Assembly (NCBI GenBank): GCA_051880415.1
Contig: JBJENX010000050.1
Span: 2,594-66,593 of the forward strand
DNA: 64,000 nt
Source: Lachnospiraceae bacterium
GTDB taxonomy: Bacteria > Bacillota > Clostridia > Lachnospirales > Lachnospiraceae
Direction of reading: 5' to 3'
The position numbers were made by a program, and so were the translations under genes. The number at the start of each line of letters is the position of its first letter. Position 1 is the first letter of the stretch. Under the pieces are notes generated by a model, which was given only the letters and a program-made list of their open reading frames with translations, did not search any database and had not been told where the DNA came from. This document shows, one piece after another, positions 17,491 through 27,628 of this stretch.

Positions 17491-18507
17491 ATGAAGAAAC
17501 AAATGATAACGGTATTTACTTTTGTGTGTTTTTTGATGACAGGTATTTTGTCCGGTTGTGAGGAGATACCATATACAGTAACAGACAGAGAGTATTACAA
17601 AACACATACGGGAACAGAAGAAAGTAATACAACATTTCCGCAATGGGAGGATAAAACAGGTAAAAAAGATGATATGGATGAGACTTCCGGTGTCATTACG
17701 GATTGTATGCTTCGTACCGGGGTGGAAACAGATTCGTATGGTGATGCATCAAAAAACGACAAAAAGGTAGTGATTCCTGCTAATATGGCATTCGATATTC
17801 TTGATATGGATGGTAATTTTTTTCAGGTGGAATTTGATGGTACAAAAGTATGGCTGCCCTCCAACAATTGTTTGATTAATGTTAAACAGTTTATACCTAC
17901 TTTACAGGTTGATTTATCCCTTTCCCATTCTCCCAATTACTATAATATTGGTGGAAATAGCATAACGGGTTTAACTGATTTGCAGTTATACAATAACGAA
18001 GGTTCGGTTAATGGTAGTGAGGTATGGACTCGTTATGAGGTTGCGGAGAAGCTTTTGAAAGCCCAGGAGATATTTTTGAAGGATGGTTACAGCATTAAAG
18101 TGATAGATGCATACCGGCCAAACAGTGCTACAATAGCATTGAAAGATGGATTAAATGAATATCTTAAAACATCAGAAGGTCGTGATTTGAGACAGGAATA
18201 TATGACCGGTTATGAACCGGGTTCTTTTCTGGAACAAAATGAATCACCGCACAACTATGGTGCAGCGGTGGATATTACACTGGTGGATATTGATTCAGGG
18301 AATGAACTTTCCATGCCCTCTGACATATATACGTTAGATGCAAGCTCTGTTTATGAAACGTGGTGTGTATTGTCAGATGAGAGAACAAGTCATGGTGAGT
18401 ATATACGGGGAAAAATGGCAGAATGTGGTTTTGTAATATCTGATACAAAATGGTGGCATTTCTATGTAGACTCTATAGAACACACTGTTTTTGATATTCC
18501 AAATTAA
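17491..18507 (+). CDS. Exported lipoprotein, peptidase M15 (VanX/D-Ala-D-Ala dipeptidase-like) with SH3-like domain
   Basis: Has an LSGC lipobox. M15 motifs are IDAYRP, SPHNYGAAVDITLVD and KWWHFY. An upstream segment (FFQVEFDGTKVWLP) looks SH3b-like. Confidence 0.75.
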   Translation: MKKQMITVFTFVCFLMTGILSGCEEIPYTVTDREYYKTHTGTEESNTTFPQWEDKTGKKDDMDETSGVITDCMLRTGVETDSYGDASKNDKKVVIPANMAFDILDMDGNFFQVEFDGTKVWLPSNNCLINVKQFIPTLQVDLSLSHSPNYYNIGGNSITGLTDLQLYNNEGSVNGSEVWTRYEVAEKLLKAQEIFLKDGYSIKVIDAYRPNSATIALKDGLNEYLKTSEGRDLRQEYMTGYEPGSFLEQNESPHNYGAAVDITLVDIDSGNELSMPSDIYTLDASSVYETWCVLSDERTSHGEYIRGKMAECGFVISDTKWWHFYVDSIEHTVFDIPN

Positions 18508-18530
18508 TGAATAATATATATATGGGAGAT

Positions 18531-18570
18531 AAGGGATGCGATAATAGTATTGTTATTGCATTCCTTTTTT
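18531..18570 (+). terminator. Intrinsic terminator
   Basis: AAGGGATGCGATAA pairs with TTATTGCATTCCTT using two G-U pairs. A T-run follows. Confidence 0.8.
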
Positions 18571-18600
18571 AAATGGATATTATAAATATGAGCTTTTTCC

Positions 18601-18630
18601 TTGCTAAAGTAGTGTGTTTTGGAGTATAAT
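18601..18630 (+). promoter_or_regulatory. Candidate sigma-A promoter of glmM
   Basis: -35 TTGCTA (18601-18606), 18-nt spacer, -10 TATAAT (18625-18630). Confidence 0.5.
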
Positions 18631-18688
18631 GTATTGATATGTTTTGCTGATTTATAAAATTAGCAATGAAATAAAGGAGATATATTTT

Positions 18689-20041
18689 ATGGGTAAATAT
18701 TTTGGTACAGACGGATTTCGTGGGGAAGCAAATGTTGATTTAACAGTAGAGCATGCCTATAAGGTAGGCAGATACTTAGGATACTATTATGGAAAGCAGC
18801 ATGAAGATGGAAAGGCAAGTATTGTAATCGGTAAAGATACAAGACGTTCTTCCTATATGTTTGAGTACGCTTTGGTAGCAGGTCTTACGGCAAGCGGAGC
18901 AGATGCATATCTTATGCATGTGACCCCGACTCCAAGTGTGTCTTATATTGTAAGACTGGATGAGTTTGACTGCGGAATCATGATATCTGCCAGTCATAAC
19001 CCATATTATGATAACGGTATTAAGATTATTAACGGACAGGGCTTTAAATTAGAGGCTTCCATAGAGGAAGAGATTGAGGCATATATTGACGGGGAGATTG
19101 GTGAGATTCCTTTTGCCACCAAAGAAAAGATTGGTAAAACGGTAGATTATTATATGGGACGTAACCGTTATATCGGTTATCTGATTACTTTGGTTACCAA
19201 GTCCTATAAGCATGTACGGGTTGGTCTTGACTGTGCCAATGGTGCATCCTCCTCTGTTGCAAAGGCTGTATTTGAGGCAGTAGGAGCTAAGGTTTATGTG
19301 ATTAATAATGAGCCAAATGGTGTGAATATTAATACAGACTGTGGTTCTACCCACATTGAACAGTTACAGGCTCTTGTTAAGGAGAAGAATCTGGATATTG
19401 GTTTTGCCTTTGACGGAGATGCAGACAGATGTTTAGCTGTAGATGATAAAGGTGAGATTATAGACGGAGATAAGATATTGTACGCCTGCGGATGTTATTT
19501 ATCTGAAAAAGGTGAGCTTAACAACAATACGGTAGTAACAACGGTGATGTCTAATCTTGGTTTATATAAAGCGTTTGATAAGAAGGGTATTGCTTACGAA
19601 AAGACTGCTGTTGGAGATAAATATGTATTTGAAAATATGATGGAGAACAATCATTCTCTTGGTGGAGAACAAAGTGGTCATATTATTTTCAGTAAGTATG
19701 CAACCACGGGAGATGGTGTTCTTACTTCCATTAAGGTTATGGAGGCTATGCTTGCAAGGAAATGTAAGTCCTCAGAATTATGTAATGGGCTTACCATCTA
19801 TCCACAGCTGCTTGTTAATGTCCGGGTTAAGAGTAAACCGGAAGCAAGAGCAGATGAAGATGTTATTGCGGCAGTACATAAGGTGGAAGAGGCTCTTGGA
19901 GACGAGGGAAGAATTCTTCTTCGGGAAAGTGGAACGGAGCCTGTGATTCGTGTCATGGTTGAGGCTTCTACGGATGCACTTTGTAAACAGTATGTGGATG
20001 AAGTGGTTTCCGTGATTAAAGCAAAGGGACACGAAGCATAG
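18689..20041 (+). CDS. glmM: Phosphoglucosamine mutase
   Basis: The N-terminus is MGKYFGTDGFRG. The SASHNPYYDNGIK phosphoserine loop, FDGDADR and GGEQSGH are present. ATG at 18689 follows AAAGGAG. Confidence 0.95.
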   Translation: MGKYFGTDGFRGEANVDLTVEHAYKVGRYLGYYYGKQHEDGKASIVIGKDTRRSSYMFEYALVAGLTASGADAYLMHVTPTPSVSYIVRLDEFDCGIMISASHNPYYDNGIKIINGQGFKLEASIEEEIEAYIDGEIGEIPFATKEKIGKTVDYYMGRNRYIGYLITLVTKSYKHVRVGLDCANGASSSVAKAVFEAVGAKVYVINNEPNGVNINTDCGSTHIEQLQALVKEKNLDIGFAFDGDADRCLAVDDKGEIIDGDKILYACGCYLSEKGELNNNTVVTTVMSNLGLYKAFDKKGIAYEKTAVGDKYVFENMMENNHSLGGEQSGHIIFSKYATTGDGVLTSIKVMEAMLARKCKSSELCNGLTIYPQLLVNVRVKSKPEARADEDVIAAVHKVEEALGDEGRILLRESGTEPVIRVMVEASTDALCKQYVDEVVSVIKAKGHEA

Positions 20042-20142
20042 AAAGATTTGCATATGTGTAAACTATGATTACAGTAAAAGGGAGTATCTATGGTACATAG
20101 CAGATAATCCATGGATATGGGTATGATTGCGAGGATAAATAT

Positions 20143-21597
20143 ATGGAGACAGAGAATAAGTCCAGTTGGATAAAGCACATTGATTTTTCTCTTATCGATT
20201 TACTTTGCTTAGAAGTAGCATATATAATTGCATATATGAGATATTATGGCGGATTTTCCACTATTTATTGGGAAAGGTATCAGACCCTTGCTTTATTGTT
20301 GGCGGTTGTTCAGATTGCAGTAGATGTAATTATGAGGAACCATCAGAATATATTAAGGCGGGAGTTTTACATTGAGATTATTGAATCTGTGAAGCAGGTT
20401 AGTATTGTAATGCTTTCCTTAATCTTTGTATTGTTCTGTATGAAGGATTCGGCACTGTATTCCCGTGTGATATTGATAAGTACATGGGTCATTGCGTCTG
20501 CCTTAACCTTTTGGGTCCGCCAGTGTTGGAAGCTTTGGCTTCGCAGGTATTACCACAAACATAAGAAGCTTCCCCATGCCTTAATTATTACAACTAAGGA
20601 TGAGGCCGAAGCCTGTATCAGGGATTTTAAGAATCGTAAGGTGCTTGATATTAATATCCGGGGACTATTAATACTGGATGAGGATATGAAAGGCGAAGAA
20701 ATAGAGGGTGTTAAAGTAGTCGCCAACAAGGATGATATCTGTAATTATGCCATGGAGCATGTGTTGGACACTGTGTTTGTCAGTGTTGAACATTACTCAA
20801 GACAGTTAAATAAAATGCTTAGCAAACTGGTAAGTATGGGTGTTACACTGCATATCAATGTATCTTCCCTGTATTCTAATTATCCCAATACCCGTATTGA
20901 AGAGTTTAACGGTTACTCTGTTGTAACCTCAAGTACCAATAAGATTACTTTGGGACAGCGATTTGTGAAAAGGACTATGGATATTGTAGGAGGTTTTATA
21001 GGCTGTTTACTAACCTTAGTTGCATTTGTTTTTGTGGCACCGGCAATGATGATAATTGATCCGGGTCCTATATTCTTTTCCCAGGAGAGGGTTGGAAAGA
21101 ACGGAAGAAAGTTTAAGATGTATAAATTTCGTTCCATGTATGTGGATGCAGAGGAACGGAAGAAAGACCTTTTAGATCAAAATGAAATGGATGGGTACAT
21201 GTTTAAGATGACGGAGGATCCAAGGATTATCGGAAGTCATGTAGTGGAGAAGAATGGTAAAAAGGTATTTAAACGTGGATTTGGTGGCTTTTTACGGGCT
21301 ACCAGCATTGATGAAATGCCTCAGTTTTTTAACGTTCTTAAAGGTGATATGAGTCTGGTTGGAACGAGACCGCCTACAGCAGAAGAGGTAGAACAGTATG
21401 ATTATCATCACAAGGTTCGTCTTGTTATGAGACCGGGGATTACAGGCTTATGGCAGGTGAGCGGCCGTAATCAGATTGTGGATTTTGAGAAAGTGGTAAA
21501 GTTAGATAAACGTTATATTGAAAACTGGTCCATTGGATTGGATATGCGGATATTACTTCGTACAATTGCAGTTGTGTTCACAAATCAGGGAATATAA
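20143..21597 (+). CDS. Polyprenyl-phosphate hexose-1-phosphate transferase (large WbaP/CpsE/WsaP-type priming enzyme)
   Basis: Several N-terminal TM helices and a central Rossmann-like region. The C-terminal sugar-transferase domain reads PIFFSQERVGKNGRKFKMYKFRSM...DEMPQFFNVLKGDMSLVGTRP...PGITGLWQVSGRN. Confidence 0.9.
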   Translation: METENKSSWIKHIDFSLIDLLCLEVAYIIAYMRYYGGFSTIYWERYQTLALLLAVVQIAVDVIMRNHQNILRREFYIEIIESVKQVSIVMLSLIFVLFCMKDSALYSRVILISTWVIASALTFWVRQCWKLWLRRYYHKHKKLPHALIITTKDEAEACIRDFKNRKVLDINIRGLLILDEDMKGEEIEGVKVVANKDDICNYAMEHVLDTVFVSVEHYSRQLNKMLSKLVSMGVTLHINVSSLYSNYPNTRIEEFNGYSVVTSSTNKITLGQRFVKRTMDIVGGFIGCLLTLVAFVFVAPAMMIIDPGPIFFSQERVGKNGRKFKMYKFRSMYVDAEERKKDLLDQNEMDGYMFKMTEDPRIIGSHVVEKNGKKVFKRGFGGFLRATSIDEMPQFFNVLKGDMSLVGTRPPTAEEVEQYDYHHKVRLVMRPGITGLWQVSGRNQIVDFEKVVKLDKRYIENWSIGLDMRILLRTIAVVFTNQGI

Positions 21598-21645
21598 AAA
21601 ATAATAGTTGCGTAAATGTGATTATACTAACAGGAAAGAACGGAT

Positions 21646-22902
21646 ATGAATATAGGGTCAGATAAAAGGGATAAAGTTCAACATGTATTTTTAATAGGAG
21701 CCAAGTCACTTGGTGCTTATGGTGGATATGAAACCTTTATCAATAAATTGACAGAATATCATCAGAATAATGATAAGCTTCAATACCATGTTGCATGTAA
21801 GGCAAATGGAGATGGATGCATGAAAGAATCCGATATAGAGGGCATTATGGCTCTTGCACATCCGGAATTTTTTGCGGAATCGGAATTTATGTATCATAAT
21901 GCCCATTGTTATAAACTTCATGTGCCAAGTATAGGTCCTGCTCAGGCAATTTATTATGATATAAGAGCTTTGCAATACAGCTGCAGATATATTAAGACAC
22001 ATCATATTGAACATGCAGTTGTGTATATTATGGCATGCCGGATTGGTCCCTTTATGAAGCATTTCTGTAAGAAATTGCATAAATTAGGAGCTAAGCTTTA
22101 TGTGAATCCGGATGGGCATGAATGGATGCGGGCAAAGTGGAACAGGTTTATTCGCAGATATTGGAAGCTTAGTGAAGGACTTATGGTAAAGCATAGTGAC
22201 CTGGTTATATGTGATTCTGTAAATATGGAGAAATATATACATGAATGTTATGATGGCAGATGGACGCAAAATCCTTCTACTACCTATATTGCATATGGGG
22301 CAGAAACAAGGAAGAGTATACTTTCCGATAATGATAAGGAATTACTGTCATGGTATCAGGAAAAGCAATTATCCCCTAAGAAGTATTATCTTGTGGTAGG
22401 AAGATTTGTTCCGGAGAATAATTATGAAACCATGATTCGGGAGTATATGAAAAGTAATACAAATAAGGATTTTGCCATAATTACTAACGTAAATGATAAG
22501 TTTTTAAATGAACTGGAGGATAGGCTGCATTACAAAAAAGATGATAGGATTAAATTTGTGGGAACAGTCTATGACCAGGAACTTTTGATGAAGATTCGTG
22601 AGAATGCCTATGGTTATTTTCATGGACATGAGGTAGGAGGAACCAATCCCAGTCTTTTGGAGGCTCTTGGAAGTACAAGACTAAACATGCTTTTAAAAGT
22701 GGGATTTAACGAAGAAGTGGCGTTGGATAGTGCCTTATATTGGACAAAGGAAGAGGGCAATCTGGCAAAGATTATAGAGCAGGCAGATAGAATGACGGAA
22801 GAAGAGATTGCCCAATATGGTCAAAAGGCAACAAACAGAGTAAAGGAAGCCTATAGTTGGGAATATATTTGCAGTGAGTATGAGAAGGTATTTTTACAAT
22901 AA
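21646..22902 (+). CDS. DUF1972-type GT4 glycosyltransferase (WchF/RgpA-like, rhamnosyltransferase-like)
   Basis: The N-terminus, FLIGAKSLGAYGGYETFINKLTEY, is typical of DUF1972. The C-terminal part has a GT1-fold EX7E-like region, GHEVGGTNPSLLEALG. Confidence 0.8.
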   Translation: MNIGSDKRDKVQHVFLIGAKSLGAYGGYETFINKLTEYHQNNDKLQYHVACKANGDGCMKESDIEGIMALAHPEFFAESEFMYHNAHCYKLHVPSIGPAQAIYYDIRALQYSCRYIKTHHIEHAVVYIMACRIGPFMKHFCKKLHKLGAKLYVNPDGHEWMRAKWNRFIRRYWKLSEGLMVKHSDLVICDSVNMEKYIHECYDGRWTQNPSTTYIAYGAETRKSILSDNDKELLSWYQEKQLSPKKYYLVVGRFVPENNYETMIREYMKSNTNKDFAIITNVNDKFLNELEDRLHYKKDDRIKFVGTVYDQELLMKIRENAYGYFHGHEVGGTNPSLLEALGSTRLNMLLKVGFNEEVALDSALYWTKEEGNLAKIIEQADRMTEEEIAQYGQKATNRVKEAYSWEYICSEYEKVFLQ

Positions 22903-22964
22903 TGAAGGGTCGCTTTTAATTGTGACCGGAAGAATTATTATGAAATACTGCCAGAGTAAGGAAT

Positions 22965-23930
22965 ATGGAATATAATGATAAGACGGTTGCTATCTGTATG
23001 GCAACATATAATGGTGAAAAGTATATAGAGGAGCAGATTCAGTCGATTATAGACCAAACCTACAGGGAATGGGTTTTGTTTATACATGATGATGGTTCAC
23101 AGGATGACACGGTTAAGTGTATACAGAGATTTCTGAATGCGGATGCAGATAGAAAGAATCAAATCATATTACTGGAAGATACTCTGTCTTTTTGCGGAAG
23201 TGCCAAGGATAATTTTGCCGGGATTCTGGATTATGTAAAAAAGAATTATGATTTTTCATATTTTATGTTTGCGGATCAGGATGATGTATGGCTTCCTGAT
23301 AAGATAAGGTTAAGTATGGAGAAGATGTTAGAATCGGAGAAGTCTGACAAAAGTATTCCGATACTGGTTCACACTGATTTAAAGGTTGTGGATGAGCAAT
23401 TAAAGGTTCTGGGTGATTCTTTTATCAGGTACAGGGCACTGAATCCAAGGGTTAGAGATATAAATCATCTTCTTGCACAAAATAATGTGACAGGCTGTAC
23501 TATGTTGTGGAATAAGCCGTTGAATGATGTGATTAATCTGGGAAACCCTGAAGTGGCAATGCATGACTGGTGGTTTTCAACCTCAGCCAGTTTGTTTGGC
23601 AGGATTGAGTTTGTAGATGAACCAACGGTTTTGTATCGGCAGCATGACAGTAACACTGTGGGAGCAACAAAGGTGAATACCATAGGATTTATTGTTAAAC
23701 GGTTGCTTGGCAATAATCATGTAAAACAAACAATACAGCTTTCAGTCAATCAGGCACAGGGATTACTGCGTTGTTATGGAAATGATATAAATCGGGAAAA
23801 CTATGCAATATTAGAGAAATATGCTACACTATACAGAAACGGAAAAATAAAAAGATGTCGGATTTTGATTGGAAACGGATATCTGAAACAGGGAATTATA
23901 CAGAGAATTGGGCAGTTAATGTATGTTTGA
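22965..23930 (+). CDS. GT2 glycosyltransferase (RgpB/WbbL-like)
   Basis: Has VAICMATYNGEKYIEEQIQSIIDQTY, HDDGSQDDT and ADQDDVW (DxD). Confidence 0.8.
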   Translation: MEYNDKTVAICMATYNGEKYIEEQIQSIIDQTYREWVLFIHDDGSQDDTVKCIQRFLNADADRKNQIILLEDTLSFCGSAKDNFAGILDYVKKNYDFSYFMFADQDDVWLPDKIRLSMEKMLESEKSDKSIPILVHTDLKVVDEQLKVLGDSFIRYRALNPRVRDINHLLAQNNVTGCTMLWNKPLNDVINLGNPEVAMHDWWFSTSASLFGRIEFVDEPTVLYRQHDSNTVGATKVNTIGFIVKRLLGNNHVKQTIQLSVNQAQGLLRCYGNDINRENYAILEKYATLYRNGKIKRCRILIGNGYLKQGIIQRIGQLMYV

Positions 23931-23983
23931 TATTCTTTTCATACAGATAAAAAGTTAGACATAGACAGAGGAGTTTCGAAAAC

Positions 23984-25375
23984 ATGAATAAGAAACAATT
24001 ATTAAAATATACTGTAGTTTTTTTTGTTGTTGCAATTATGACGGTTATAACCTGCTGCTGTCAGTTGTATAATGGTAAAAATATTATATTATCTATGGAT
24101 GTTGATAAAGATACATGTGCAGGTGAAGAGTTTTCGGTTTATTATACAACAAAAGAGAATCAGGAATTCACAGACGAGATGAAAGTATCAATGACCATTG
24201 CATATGAGGGGGATTCTTTATATCAATTTGCATTACCCAATAATGTTCAAAGAATAAGATTAGACCCTGGTACAAAGGTTTCAACTGTAACGCTTCGTAA
24301 TATTATGTTTTCCTATGGAAGCAGAGATTTGGAGATAGGGGACCGGATTGGTGATGATATTGAATCCACACATGATATTTCAGGGTATACTTATCAAGAG
24401 AATATGTTAACACTTCAAACAGAGGGTACAGATCCATATTTCGTCTGGGACATATCTGATTGGGGTATGAATGAATATGCATCAAAGCATATCCAAAATA
24501 TGAATTGGGTCATAAAAATCGCAGCAGATATTATTGCGTTACTATTATTAATTGTTTATTTAAAGAAGTTTGATTTCTTTGTAGAGTTCCCTGCTGAGAT
24601 TTATCATAGTAAACGTTTGATTTTACAATTGTCTAAGAATGATTTTAAGACAAAGTATGCAGGCTCATATCTGGGAATTGTGTGGGCTTTTGTACAACCG
24701 ATTGTAACAGTGGTTCTTTATTGGTTTGTTTTTGAGAAGGGCTTACGTGCCGGTTCCATGGTTTCCGTACCATTTGTTTTATGGTTGATTGCGGGACTAG
24801 TTCCGTGGTTTTTCTTTTCCGATGCAGTGCCGGGAGGAACCAATGCATTAATTGAATATCAATACCTGGTAAAAAAGGTTGTGTTTCAGATAGATATTTT
24901 ACCATTGGTGAAGGTATTTTCTGCTATGTTTGTGCATGTGTTTTTTGTTGTATTTATGCTGATTTTATATAGTTGTTATGGATATTTCCCAAGTATGTAC
25001 ACCTTGCAGATCCTGTATTATTCCTTCTGCACATTCGTGTTAGCTTTGGGAATTGTATATGCAACATCGGCAGTGGTAGGTTTTTTTAGGGATTTATCCC
25101 AAATAATTAATATCGCATTACAGGTTGGAACATGGTTAACTCCGATTATGTGGAATTTTGACAGCATGAACTTACCGGGTTGGCTAAGATTAATTTTTCA
25201 GATGAATCCAATGTTTTATATAGTACAGGGATATCGGGATGCTTTGATTGATCATGTATGGTTTTGGGAAAGACCGGGAATTACATTATATTTTTGGATG
25301 ATAACAGTTTCAATTCTTGGTATTGGAACAATGATTTTTAAGAAATTAAAAATACATTTTGCTGATGTCTTGTAA
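23984..25375 (+). CDS. ABC-2 (Wzm/TagG/RgpC-type) polysaccharide export permease with ~190-aa N-terminal TM-anchored extension
   Basis: The C-terminal ~270 aa read KNDFKTKYAGSYLGIVWAFVQPIVTVVLYWFVF followed by about 6 TM helices. The N-terminus has TM1, about 150 aa of hydrophilic sequence, then TM2. Confidence 0.8.
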   Translation: MNKKQLLKYTVVFFVVAIMTVITCCCQLYNGKNIILSMDVDKDTCAGEEFSVYYTTKENQEFTDEMKVSMTIAYEGDSLYQFALPNNVQRIRLDPGTKVSTVTLRNIMFSYGSRDLEIGDRIGDDIESTHDISGYTYQENMLTLQTEGTDPYFVWDISDWGMNEYASKHIQNMNWVIKIAADIIALLLLIVYLKKFDFFVEFPAEIYHSKRLILQLSKNDFKTKYAGSYLGIVWAFVQPIVTVVLYWFVFEKGLRAGSMVSVPFVLWLIAGLVPWFFFSDAVPGGTNALIEYQYLVKKVVFQIDILPLVKVFSAMFVHVFFVVFMLILYSCYGYFPSMYTLQILYYSFCTFVLALGIVYATSAVVGFFRDLSQIINIALQVGTWLTPIMWNFDSMNLPGWLRLIFQMNPMFYIVQGYRDALIDHVWFWERPGITLYFWMITVSILGIGTMIFKKLKIHFADVL

Positions 25376-25427
25376 TATATCCTTCGTGGGATTTTAATAG
25401 TGTAAAGATTGACTGGAGATAGTACAG

Positions 25428-27593
25428 ATGGAAGGTAATAAGGAGAATACAAATCAATTTGATATGTTTTGTCAGAGGATTCTGCCGTCCTTTATGTATA
25501 AAACAATCCGTTGTGTAACACATGAGGGTGTTCGGGTATTTTATTTTAAACTGCTTCGAATGATGAACTTAAAAAATCAGTATCCAAAGTGGATATTACA
25601 GAATGAAACTGATTTGTTGAGGGTAGAACCATTAGAATATAACCCACTTATTTCAGTTGTGGTTCCGGTTTATAATGTGAAAAGTAAATTATTAATTGAC
25701 TGTATTGAATCTGTTGTAAACCAGACCTATAAAAATTGGGAATTATGTCTGGTAGATGATTGTTCCACCATGGAAAGTGTTGGGACGGTATTACATTCTT
25801 ATGAGGGTAATGAAAAAATCAAGATAACATATCGTAAGGAAAACGGACATATATCAAGAGCTACTAATACAGGTATAGAGATGGCAACAGGGGAGTTTGT
25901 GGCTTTGTTGGATTGTGATGATTTGCTGGCTCCAAATGCTTTGTATGAGATGGCAAAGAAGCTTAATTCAAATAAAGAATATGATTTTATATATAGTGAT
26001 GAAGATAAGCTGTCCCCGAATGGAAAAAAACGGAAACATCCATTCTTTAAACCGGATTGGTCTCCAGATACATTCATGTCATTAATGTATACCTGCCATT
26101 TTGCAATGTTTCGAAAATCGCTGTTGGATGAGCTTGGAGGAATGAGAGTCGGCTTGGAAGGCTCACAGGATTATGATTTGGTTCTCCGGGTCATGGAAAA
26201 AACAGATAAAATCGGTCATATTCCTAAGATTCTTTATCATTGGAGAGAAAGAAAAGGATCCACGGCAGATAAAATGACTGCAAAACCATACATTATTGAG
26301 GCAACTAAAAAAGCAAAACTGGATGCATTGGAAAGAAGAGGATTATCCGGCCGGTTGGAATATCTTGAAGATATTGTAATGTTTAGAATTGTATATGATA
26401 TTAAAGAGAATCCCAAGGTTAGCATTATTATTCCTTCCAAGGATAATTATAATATTTTAAAGCAGTGTATTGAGTCTGTTAATTCCGTTACTGAGTACAA
26501 CAACTATGAGATTATCGTTGTGGATAATGGAAGTATAGAAGAGAATAGAAAACTGTATGAAAAGCTTTGTGAGGATAATGGCTGCCACTACCATTATGAG
26601 CCAATGGAATTTAATTTTTCCAGAATGTGCAATATTGGGGCATCAATTGCAACGGGAGAGTATTATTTGTTTCTGAATGACGATATAGAGATTCAGGGAC
26701 CCCAGTGGCTTACCAGAATGTTGGGACAGGCACAGTTATCCCATGTAGGAGCTGTTGGATGCCGGTTGATATATCCCAACACTAATTTTATTCAGCATGC
26801 AGGTGTGGTAAATTATGAAATTGGCCCGGGACATGCTTTTCATCAGACAAATGATGATATGAATTGTTATTGGGGAAGAAATAAAGTTGATTATAATTTT
26901 GTTGCGGTAACAGGAGCTTGTTTACTGGTATCAAAGAATAAATATGATGAGGTTGGTGGTTTTGAAGAGGATTTGCCGGTGGCATATAATGATGTAGAAC
27001 TATGCTTTAAACTGGTTGAAGCAGGTTATTATAATGTGTTACGGAATGATGTGCGTATGCTTCATTATGAATCGGTAAGCCGGGGATATGATGATGTAAA
27101 TCCTGAAAAACTGGAACGACAGAAGAGGGAGATGGCAAAATTATATGAATTACATCCGGGATTTGTTGGATATGACCCATGTTATAATCCAAATCTTTCA
27201 CGGAATAAAGGTGATTTTACCTTTAATGTAATGAATGCAAAAAGAGTATCCCTTCCCCGGGTTGTTCATTTAGATGTAAAAGAAGATAATATTATAGAAT
27301 ATGGAATAGATGAAATAAAGATTGACGAGATTCTGTTTATTACAGGGTGGGCATTCATAGGAAAAAAGCCCGGAAATATTCAGGTGTTGTTACAGGGAAA
27401 TAACGGTGAACAATATATAGTGAAAACATATCGTTATTACAGGCCGGAAATCCGTAATGCTTATGGAAATAAAAAACTGGCATTTTCCGGTTTGGAGGTG
27501 GCAATCGATATTAAAGATTTGCCTAAAGGAAGATATAGTATATACTTTATATCTAAAGAAAATGCCGTGAAAGTGGATTCTGTAACATTATAG
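25428..27593 (+). CDS. Dual-GT2 glycosyltransferase (polymerase-like) with C-terminal beta-rich domain
   Basis: GT2 domain 1 has ISVVVPVYN...LVDDCST...LDCDD. GT2 domain 2 has VSIIIPSKDN...VVDNGS...LNDD. It is a paralog of residues ~430-1080 of the 35675 ORF. Confidence 0.8.
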   Translation: MEGNKENTNQFDMFCQRILPSFMYKTIRCVTHEGVRVFYFKLLRMMNLKNQYPKWILQNETDLLRVEPLEYNPLISVVVPVYNVKSKLLIDCIESVVNQTYKNWELCLVDDCSTMESVGTVLHSYEGNEKIKITYRKENGHISRATNTGIEMATGEFVALLDCDDLLAPNALYEMAKKLNSNKEYDFIYSDEDKLSPNGKKRKHPFFKPDWSPDTFMSLMYTCHFAMFRKSLLDELGGMRVGLEGSQDYDLVLRVMEKTDKIGHIPKILYHWRERKGSTADKMTAKPYIIEATKKAKLDALERRGLSGRLEYLEDIVMFRIVYDIKENPKVSIIIPSKDNYNILKQCIESVNSVTEYNNYEIIVVDNGSIEENRKLYEKLCEDNGCHYHYEPMEFNFSRMCNIGASIATGEYYLFLNDDIEIQGPQWLTRMLGQAQLSHVGAVGCRLIYPNTNFIQHAGVVNYEIGPGHAFHQTNDDMNCYWGRNKVDYNFVAVTGACLLVSKNKYDEVGGFEEDLPVAYNDVELCFKLVEAGYYNVLRNDVRMLHYESVSRGYDDVNPEKLERQKREMAKLYELHPGFVGYDPCYNPNLSRNKGDFTFNVMNAKRVSLPRVVHLDVKEDNIIEYGIDEIKIDEILFITGWAFIGKKPGNIQVLLQGNNGEQYIVKTYRYYRPEIRNAYGNKKLAFSGLEVAIDIKDLPKGRYSIYFISKENAVKVDSVTL

Positions 27594-27628
27594 ATGTAAC
27601 CGCTTTTTCGGTGTATAGGAGTAATGAC

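Noticed and set aside
25799-26077. Antisense ORF (92 aa) that has a look-alike at 37111-37374 (87 aa)
   Set aside because: The similarity between the two antisense ORFs (..SGDQSGLK.G..) only reflects the paralogy of the sense-strand GT2 genes. Neither has translation signals.
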